From positions 62,001-126,000 of the forward strand of contig NIVC01002559.1 in assembly GCA_002269645.1 (NCBI GenBank): a stretch of 64,000 nucleotides of DNA, given 5' to 3'. The translations under genes were made by a program, and so were the position numbers. This stretch comes from Macrostomum lignano. Taxonomy: Eukaryota. Within the stretch, counting starts at the first letter, position 1, and each line of letters begins with the position of its first letter. Positions 28,001-38,600 of this stretch are shown here, one piece after another. Below the pieces are notes generated by a model that saw nothing but the letters and a program-made list of their open reading frames with translations, was not told where the DNA came from and did not search any database.

Positions 28001-31000
28001 TGGAGGAAGAGAACGAGGAGGCATTCTTGACGGCGACAACCGTGACGGCCAGACAGCGGGCGCAGCGGAGCGGATGAACTCCCGAAGTCAGCGGCAGCCT
28101 GGCGTCCAGCAGCAGCTTCAACTGTTTAGCAAATTCTCCGACTTTGCCGCCAGCGGCTAAGGTGGCGGCGCTGCCGAAGCGTCTTTGGCAGCCCAGCAGT
28201 TGAGCTGCTCCAGCCGACACCGCGGCAACCATGGAGCGGCCGAGCCAGTCGGCTCCGTTGTCCGGTGTCGCCTCTAGCCTGGGCTCATCTTCAACCAGGC
28301 GACTTCCCAGCAGCAGCCAGTCCAGCATGATGCGATCGGACTCCACGGAGGCTGCTGGGTTCGATTCTTCATCAATCAACAAGTCAACAAGCCGACTGTG
28401 CAGCAGACTGCCAACTCGCTGCTCTTCTGACGCAACCGGCTGTCGGTCCAGTTTTCTCAAAAACACCAGCTCAATCCAGGCGGCAATTATGGCATTGACG
28501 GACGAGCTCGAACAGTTGAGCAGTCGTTTCAAAGCTTCGGGACTGTCAGGAGCTTGAAGGAGGTCGTTCAAAGCCGAGCACACGGCGGCGTGGACTGTCT
28601 CTGAGGAGTCGGCTGAGTCAGGCAGCGGCAGGAAAGGCAGCGGCTGCCAGGAGCTGTCGGTGGCCTTCAGCGGCAGGCCGGCAGAGGTCAGGCACCTCAG
28701 GACGTCCATCAGCGGTGCCAGCCGTAGGCCGGCCTGAGCGAAGGCGACAACCAAAGGATGGCCCGGTCGGAAACCGCTGCCTAGGTCGCTTCGTAGCTGA
28801 TCAGCCAGCCTCTGTCCTTCATCGTTGAGTTGGAGTCGATTCTCGCTGAGAACGTATGACCGAGAGGCGGTCAGTTTGAAGCGGTGCAGACGGAGCAGGT
28901 CTGTCAGGCTCGGAGTCTGCGCGGAGGCGATGCTGTTCAGCGCTGCTAGCGGTGGCAGGCCAGCCAGCAGGGTCTGGGGAATGTGCGCGGCCACCAGCTG
29001 GGCCAGGTCCCGACCAGCCGGCATTCGCAGATGCTCGTCAACCCAGGCGGTGACGGCCGAGCAGGACGCGTCTTCGTCGGCTGCATTGTCGCCGCGACCA
29101 TTGTTGCTATGGACGGCTCGCCATAGCAACGAGAAGCAGCCGATTGGCAGCTGCTTTTCGGTCAGTTTCAACAGGAAAGCTTTCGCCAGCCCGGTTGTCA
29201 GTGCGCCACGTTCGATAGCCTGCTGCAGGTAGAGGCTCCACAGCGACTGCAGCTGCTGTTCCAGCTGGTCTTCGGGCACCGGGAGACCTTGCAGATCAGG
29301 CAGAGACTCCAGTAGAAGCTGCTCAATTCTGGCTACTCCGGACTCGCTGAACAAAGAGTCGGTGTTGCCCGTGTGCTCTGATAGAAAGCTCTGGACCCGG
29401 TGCAGACAGACAGCCGGCAAGCTGCAGGGGAGAGCCACCGTGGCAGCGAACAGGCGGCACATGCTGAGCTGCTCTGTGATTGGCTGAGGGCGGCAGGGGG
29501 TGGGAGAAGACAAGCTATATAAGCCCTAGTTTTGCTTTTCGAACAACCAATCCCAGGCCACAACTGGTCAGATAGGTAAGATCGGGTCAGAATACTGGGT
29601 CTCAGACCTTTAGAATTGAATTTTTATATTCAGATTCACACAGATCTCCGGTGTCTAGGGTTAAGACAATATCCAGGGTCGAGATCGATATGCAGGGTCG
29701 GGATCGATATGCAGGGTCGAGATCGATATCCAGGGTCGGGATCGATATCCAGGGTCGAGATCGATATCCAGGGTCGGGATCGATATCCAGGGTCGGGATC
29801 GATATCTAGGGTCGGGATCGATATCCACGGTCGGAATCGATATCTAAGGTCGGGATCTATATCTAGGGTCGGGATCGATATCCACGGTCGGAATCGTTAT
29901 CTAGGGTCGGGATCGATATCTAGGGTCGGGATCGATATCCACGGTCGGAATCGATATCTAAGGTCGGGATCTATATCTAGGGTCGGGATCGATATCCACG
30001 GTCGGAATCGTTATCTAGGGTCGGGATCTATATCTAGGGTCGGGATCGATATCCACGGTCGGAATCGTTATCTAGGGTCGGGATCGATATCTAGGGTCGG
30101 GATCGATATCTAGTGTCGGGATCGATATCTAGGGTCGAGACTGACAGCACCAAAGCTTAAAACACTTTTACCCCATGGCACATACATGTAGTGTGGGCTC
30201 CCCACCTGAGAGCTAACACCCGGAGCACAAGATCCAGTCCACTCACCAGCTGGGCGCACTCCGAGTCCGCAAGCACAAGCAGAGCCCTGGCGGCCAGACG
30301 GTCCCAGTCGGCCAGCGAGTCGGCCAGGCCGAGTTTCTGCAGGTTCTCGCTGCTCGGCAGCAGGCAGCCGGTCAGCCGTTCCGCCAGCTCGCCACGCTCG
30401 GTCGGCCCGTCCTCATCGTCACCGTCGAGCAGGTCTGCTGGGCAAAGTTCCGGCGATACCGACGTCAGAATCGCCCAGAGACGCAGGGCGGTTGCCATGG
30501 GAACAGCCAGGGCGATTGCCGACACCACGGGAGCCCAGCGGGTGCCGGCATCGGCGACTGCGGCAAGCGGCGTCATTGCCGTCAAGATGCTGTTGAACTG
30601 CTCCGACAGGTCGGTGCCGCAGGCGGACTCCGTTGCCATGGCGATGAGATCTCTAGCCAGCAAGTCGGCAGCTTCGGACCCCGGCGGCTGGTCTTCGTCG
30701 GCCAGTCCGAGCACCGACAGCCACGGCTTCAGCGCCGCGCAGGCCGCCTCGGCCGCGGCCTCCTGCGGCTCTTCGGCATCTTCGTCATCGTCGCCAGCGA
30801 CAGCCGCAGCTCCGGCAGGGCTGGCAGCTGCTGAAGCCGCGGCCTTCAGATCAGCGAACACGAAGCCGGACAGCGGGAACCGAAGTGGACCGCCGCTGCC
30901 GCCGCTGCCGATGTCGCCGAGGTCGACGCGGAGCCGCCGCGACTGCACCAGGTGGCCGAGGCCGCGCACCAGGCAGTCCAGCCTGCGCGGTTCCAAAGCG

Positions 31001-32523
31001 TCGCAGTCGAAGGCGCGGGCATCGCGAAGGAGCCGCAGCAGGTCCAGCAGGCTGGACTTGACGCGCCTGGCCAGGTGGTCGATGGCGAAATCGGCGAGGG
31101 TGGCGAATCTGGCCAGCTGGGCGGCCTCCCTGGCCAGGCCGACCATCCAGTGTCCCGGCGAGAACTCCGCAGCTTCGCCGTCGAGATCGTCGCCGCCGCA
31201 AAAGTCCTCTCTGGCAGCCCGCTTGATGGCAGCATCAATCAGAGCTTCGACAAGTCCACGCCGAGATCTGAGCAGTCGGGTGGCGGCTTCGAACCTGGGC
31301 CCCGGCTCCAGGGCCTCGAGCAGAGCGTCCTGCAGTTTTGGGAACGGGAGACTCGCGGCGTGATGTTGTGCTTATGAATCCCTAGCGTTAGTCTGTTAAC
31401 TTCCCGGGTGTGGGAAAGTGACACACATTGCTAGGAAAGTGACACACATTGCTAGGAAAGTGACACACATTGCTAGGAAAGGGACACACATTGCTAGGAA
31501 AGGGACACACATTGCTAGGAAAGTGACAAACATTGCTAGGAAAGGGACACACATTGCTAGGAAAGGGACACACATTGCTAGGAAAGTGACACACACTGCT
31601 AGGAAAGTGACACAAATTGGAAAGAAAGTGACACAAATTGGAAAGAAATTGACACAAATTGGAAAGAAAGTGACAAAAATTGGAAAGAAAGTGACACAAA
31701 TTGGAAAGAAAGTGACACACATTGCTAGGAAAGTGACACACATTGCTAGGAAAGTGACACAAATTGGAAAGAAAGTGACACAAATTGCTAGGAAAGTGAC
31801 ACAAATTGGAAAGAAAGTGACACAAATTGCTAGGAAAGTGACACAAACTGGAAAGAAAGTGACACAAATTGGAAAGAAAGTGACACAAATTGCTAGGAAA
31901 GTGACACACATTGCAACGAGCGCGCTTAAAACTCTGCTCAACTAACCTGCAGCCCGGCAGTGGCCCGGGTTCGAACCGCGGCCGGGCAGCGGTCGGTGAG
32001 CAGCTGCCTCGCGGAGCTGCTGCCCACCAGATCCCGCAGAGTGTCGGCCGAGCAGCCGTCCTCAGCCGCGCCCAGCGACTCCAGACAGAGCAGGCGCCAG
32101 TCCCGCAGCAACGGCGACCACTGCCAGGTCTGGCGGCCCCTCGAAGCGCCGCCGCCGCCGCCCAGGTGGAAAATCCACAGCAGAGCCGTCGGGCCCGCGC
32201 TGGCGGTCTCCATCAGCGACTCCAGCAGCCAGCGGAGCTGAGGCGCCGAGTCCGCGTCCACCGACGGCCGACAGCTCAGGGCGACGACGCCGCCAACTGA
32301 GTTGCGAATTGCCGCTGACAGCTCGTCTCTGCGCGATTGGTTGGGTGAGGAAAATGGTGCAGTCAGAGGGCGATTTTCCAGATGGTCAGAGGGTGATTTT
32401 CTAGATGGTCAGAGGGTGATTTTCTAGATGGTCAGAGGGTGATTTTCTAGATGGTCAGAGGGTGATTTTCTAGATGGTCAGAGGGTGATTTTCTAGATGG
32501 TCAGAGGGTGATTTTCTAGATGG

Positions 32524-32615
<92 letters not shown>

Positions 32616-35600
32616 TCAGCTCGTCCTCTCCCATAAAGTCAATCAGCCGGATGATGGAGCACTCGACGCCCAGCTGAAGCTTCCAGGCCGTGTCCTCCAT
32701 CCGGGTCCTGGTGTACACCACCGTCCCCCTGACGCCGCCTCTGCCAAGCTGTTCAGCCACGTGCCGAGCCAGGGAGGTGTCCGACAGCTCCTGGAAGTAT
32801 TGCCTCTGCAGGGCCTCGCGGCTCTCCGAAGGCAGTTCGCTGTGCGACAGGCGCAGCACAGCGTCCGGGAAGGCCTGAGTCAGCAGGTGCTGGGGCAGCC
32901 GGTTTGCCGTCTCCTCCACAGAGTCGTCGGCGCCAACCAGCAGGTGCGAGGCGGCCAGCTCAGGATGATAGCCGCAGAAAGTCTCTTGGGCGGCAAATTC
33001 AAGCTTTTCGTGCTCCTCCTGCCATGCTAGGCCGCTTATGCTGCGGATTGGCAGTTTTAGGTGGTTTTGGAAATGAAAAGGCTTAGCTTTCTACTGAAAG
33101 TAGAATGTAAGAGTGTTTTAACTCGATGCATGATGGGAAAAATCAGTTGCTATGGTATTTTCGTTGCTATCCGATCTCTGGGCCAAAACCAACTAACAAA
33201 AACTGTGGAATCCTTGTTGCTATGCTGTCTCTAGGCCAAAACCAGTTAACAAAAAACTGTAGTATCCTTGTTGCTATGCTGTCTCTATGCCAAAACCAGT
33301 AAACATAAACTGTGGAATCATTGTTGCTATGCTGTCTCTAGGCCAAAACCAGTAAACATAAACTGTGGAATCTTTGTTGCTACACTGTCTCTGGGCCAAA
33401 ACCAGTTAACATAAACTGTGGAATCATTGTTGCTATGCTGTCTCTGGGCCAAAGCCAGTTACCATAAACTGTGGTATCCTTGTTGCTATGCTGTCTCTAG
33501 GCCAAAACCAGTTAACATAAACTGTGGAATCATTTTTGCTATGCTGTCTCTGGACCAAAACCAGTTAACATAAACTGTGGTATCCTTGTTGCTATGCTGT
33601 CTCTAGGCCAAAACCAGTTACCATAAACTGTGGAATCCTTGTTGCTATTGATGTGGCCGCAGCCTTCTGCTGCAAGCATAGGGCCGCAGTCACATCTTAG
33701 GCACTGCTGTCCGCTGCCAGTATCTGGAATAGGAATTTTCTGCTGCCTCCATGTACTCTAAGCAGCCTTCCTTGGCGCTCAGAAGTTGCACAATATGGCG
33801 CAATCTTTAACATAGGAAATTAGGAAGTTTGCCTAGCCTAGGGTTAGTTAGTGGAAGCCGCCAAATTTGGCGCTTGCCTGTGCTATTGTTGCCTGGCCTG
33901 CCGCGTACAACCGCTCAGTGTACGCAAGTCTAGTTAGCCGCACTCCTCCCCCGTGCGCTCTCTGGACCCTTCCCCCTTCTGCTCTCTCGTTCCTCCTGCG
34001 TCCGAGCCTCTCCCCATGCGTCATTCTATTTTTAGACTGAGGGTTTCGCGGACCCCGTGTCCCGAGCTGAACCCTCCCTCACGTGCAGCCTTGTGCGCAC
34101 AAGCCCAAATTTGGCATGTTATTGTCACTAGTGGCTGGAGGCGACTGTCGGCGCTTCGTACAAGCTACTCTTTCCCCCATGTTTAATCAATATCTGTTGT
34201 GCATCATTATCCGCACTTTTCGGGCTGCAGTTCCATGGTCAAGCCACGGAATGCCCAAACGCTCCACCCTCCGCGTTCTATATTAACGAATGCAGGCCCG
34301 CTTGTCTGAATTTTTCCTCAGAACCGTTTTGACCGCTGGTCAGACTCGTTGAGAGCTATACTCAGCAACAGCTAAACCCCCCCCCCCAACTCACGCTGTC
34401 ACAGGGGCACAAAAGTTAAGCAATGTCTTTAAGTGGGTTGAGTTGCGCCACCCCCTCCCCAAATCCCCCATGCCGCACTTTGCGCTCGCGTCTGGCGGCG
34501 GCAGCCTTCACACATTTCTGAGTCACCGATGGCATACAAAACTTTTGGGCCGTGTGACAGCGTGAGTTGGGGGGGGGGTTTAGCTGTTGCTGAGTATATC
34601 TCCGAGAAAGCGCTCTAGCGCCGGTTAACAGCGAAGCAAAGCTCCTGAGCAGGTCTTGGTAGAGCATTGCTAGTGCTACAGCTCTGGTTTTCCAGCCTAC
34701 CCTATTGGCAGGAAATCAGTTGGCTGAAGCCATTCTGCTAGTGTCTATTCGCAACACAGGCGCGAATAAGAGTGAGAGTGAGTGTGCAGTCGCAGCACTC
34801 GTGCGCGATTCTAAGAAATAGCTGTTAGTTTATAGGCCTAGAGTCTATTGCTGCCGCAGGCGCATAGACCTATTTCCTCGCCGCCCATCTGTGCGAGACG
34901 TAGCTATTAGGTTAACAGGAGTTAGGGGTCCTCTGAGAGCTAAACTCAGACACGCTCAAGCGCGGACATTTGTCAGTGCCAGGACTGCGCCGCTCAGGCC
35001 ATTGCTACCATTGAGTCCTGTCACTTGGACATTGAAATATCTGAGACTAGTTGTTCTAGCGTTATTTATTTGCGTGGAGCCCAAACAGACCCCTTCATTG
35101 CGGATCCTACGGTTCCCACGCTGGTGGCAGCACTACCCTTAATTTTAGATTTCTCCCCAGTCTCAGCCCCCATAAGTATACTCAGCAAGGTTGCTTCGGG
35201 TAATAGCAGTCCACCCCGCCACAGAAACCAGAAAGCCAAGCACTACACTGGTGATAGCGGTGGGATATCAAACCTGCCGAACCACCCCAACAACTGAAGT
35301 ATATCATTGGTGGCAGCGGTGGGATTCGAGTAACAACACCTAGCCCGAGCAGCCAAAAGCTCAGTTACTACACTATGCTGTCTCTAGGCCAACCCAGTTA
35401 ACCTAAATTGTAGAATTCTCGTTGCTATTCTGTCTCTAGGCCAAAACCAGTTAACTTAAACTGTGGTATCTTTGTTGCTATGCTGTCTCTAGGTCAAAAA
35501 AGACTCTCTAACCCTATTACGAGTTGCTAAGACTAAGAGCAGTTTTAAGATAAAAAGTCTAAAATGGTAACAACTTTATTTGACTTAATTATTTGCTAAT

Positions 35601-38600
35601 CACCTGGTCGCCTTAGCAACAAAACTGTCCCGAAGCTGTTCAACCGCGCCACGCTGCTCTGCGGACAGAACGTCGCCAAATCCGAACGTTTGCTTCTCGA
35701 AACGGTTGAGAAAGGCTCTGTCCACGCGCTCCAGAGTGTCCGCCCTCACGAGCACTACGCAGCGGAACTTGTCATCAACGGAGCAATTCTTGTTAGCTTG
35801 CGTTCCCATAGCAACGCGGCAGTAGCGACGCTGGTTATACTCGGAGTAGTTTTGGTTGAGCATGTCGTACAAACTGCCGTAGACGAGTTCAAAGTCCTTG
35901 AACAGCACAACAATGCCGTTCTCCATGCACATCATCACTTCATGCAGTTTTCTCAGCGCGAACTGCTCGCTGAGCTGGTCCCTGTCGTATGCGCTGCCGT
36001 GAAGCACTCGGAACGGGCGCTCCTTCCGCTGAAGCACATGGGCCAGCAGGTCAAGATCCCGGTCAGTGTCCGTGATCAGCATCAAGTGCCGCGCGCTCTT
36101 GTCCTCTAGGCTCTCCATGAGCACCGATACCTAGGGGACGGTTAGTTAGCGAGTTACGAGCGTAGATCATGGATCACGTTAAGCTTCCGCACATCAGCCT
36201 TGACCTTCTACTAACCGTCAGGCATGTCAGGCTAACCTCAAGCACGTGGAGGTTCGGTCCCGATTTCTCTACGCCAACCCCTTTTATTTGGAGCAAAATT
36301 GCGCCTGATATGCCGAAAACCCGGGGGGGGGAGGGAATGGTTGTGAGGGAGTCTCACAGTCTCATTATGTCCTCCATCAAGGCAGGGTAACATAATGAGA
36401 GCTGGTGTGGGGGGTAACATAATCATCATTAATAGATAACATAATGGGGGCATAAAGTAACATTACTATCGCTCCTGCTCTTCATACAAACATATAAAAA
36501 GAGCGTTCTTCGTGGTCATCACGTCCCGTTAGCATTTGACGCTTCAAATGAAGGGATTGGCGTAGAGAAACCGGGACCGAATGTTTCGGGCTCCATTTTG
36601 ACTCTTAAGTTCACATCCCCTTTAAGTGCACAAGCCCTAAATGAATGAGCTTGGCGCAAGAATAAGATGTGCAAGACCCATACAAAAATCCGTGATAATT
36701 GATTTGGGAAAACAAGAGAATTCAAATGCAAACCTTGTCTTGTTGACGAAGTGTTTCCTTGTAAGCATTTTCCAGTCCCTCGTAAGCGAAGTCAAAATGT
36801 TCGAGAAAGTACGGCTGCTCCAGACCGGAGAAGTTCCTCACCAAGCCGCGACTGAGTATAGCCAACTTGTTCAACTGCATTCGAACATTTTCTTTAGCGA
36901 GAAACTTCACCAGGTAATAGTAGTCTCTGAGCCCGTGGAAATCCTCTTCTACTTGGCTGTCGAAGTATTCGTGACACGCTTGAGCAATTTTTTGCATATC
37001 TTCTTTGTCGATTCGACCGCCAACCTCGCCCTGACCGTCTTGCTTGTCCTGCTGCAGAACAATGGCACTGCCTGTGATGAGCAGCTCCTCGGTTGTCATA
37101 TCCGGCCTGGAGATGTGCACAGCTCGGTTCATCTTGGCCGGGTCCAGGGCCCAGTTGGACAAGCCCAGTACGGCAACACGAGCTTTGCAGGTGAATTCCG
37201 ACTCTTCAGGCTCTAGGAGGCTGTGCAGAACTTTGAGCGGGTTGTGACGCGACTTCTCCGCTAGACCGATCTCGTCTAGCAGGACTACATAGCTGCGAGG
37301 AGAGGGAGGTGAACCAGTGTAAGAATGCATCTCGGATGTATTGTTAGGTCACAACTCATCATAAACCTCGTATGTAATGCCACTAGACCATCACTGATGA
37401 TTGATTAAGCATCCCGGATTCAATACTAATTCGTCACTGATCATTGATCAAACACTGATGCCATTCATCATGATTCAGTACTGAAGCATCCCGGATGTAA
37501 TACTAGGCCATGGCCATCACTGATCATTGATCAATCACTGATGCCATTCACCAATAATCATAAATTAAGCATCCCGGATGCAATACTAAGCCGTCACTGA
37601 TTAAGAATCCTGGATATAACACTATGCCATCATTAACATCCATTCCGGACGTGATGCTCAATCATCTATCATTCCGGACGTGATACTAGACCATCGTGCC
37701 TACCAGATGTAATGGCATCTTCATCCTTCAAATTGTGTTTTTAATGAAGTTAGTTTTTAAAGGAAAGGAAGTTTTCAAACGGGTTTTTTAGTTAGAGGTA
37801 GGGGCTGTGTGCACCCTGGCGCACTTCAAGCGACATTGTCACACAGCCGGCGAGAGGCATCACTGCCCGTTCCGCCGACTCCCCTGAGCAGCGCACACAA
37901 GCGCAAGGATACGTACGCAGACATACGCACAGGCACACAGTCACAAAGGAGTGTACAGCGGCGGTGTTTATTGCACGAGCAGACCCAAGCCGAGATTCCA
38001 ATTTAGCCCCAAATTAATGTGTCTGCATTTTGAATGCATAATCGAGACTGGACGAATGGCGCATACATCGGTGGCTAGACCGCTAAGCTACGCCCCATCA
38101 AAGAACAGAGAGAGCTAAGCAGTACACGTATGTCAAGGGAATTTACCGATACTCATCCTTTTCCGCATCCTCATCAGCTTTCTTCGTGGCTCTGCGGAAC
38201 ACTTTGAAGATGCCCTCCGAAGTGGACGCCTCGGAGCCCTGGTAGCAGAAAAACCTCAGGGCTGGCAGAGCTTTGAAGAACGGATCGCGTGAGTCCCGAC
38301 CTCGCAAATTGCTTCTGAGCAGAGAGACGGCCAGACTCTTGGAGCAGCCAGGCTTGCCAACTAGGAACACCGGAACTTTGTTGTAAACGCAGCACAGCAG
38401 GATAAACACGTTCTCTAGCAGGGCCGCGTTTTGAGCCACATTTTCCGGCAGCTCCATTCGATTGAGAATGTCTTCCTGCTCCTCGCGTATTGTTTTCTGT
38501 ATTGACACAGCAGATTATGTACATGTACGCGTGTAATTAGCCATAAATCTACATGCACCAGTGCTCACTGACAACTCGGGTACCAAAAAGGGCATTTACA

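Noticed and set aside
26625-31377. Many plus-strand ORFs up to 390 aa
   Set aside because: Antisense shadows of GC-rich RNF213-like exons; low-complexity Ser/Ala/Arg content.
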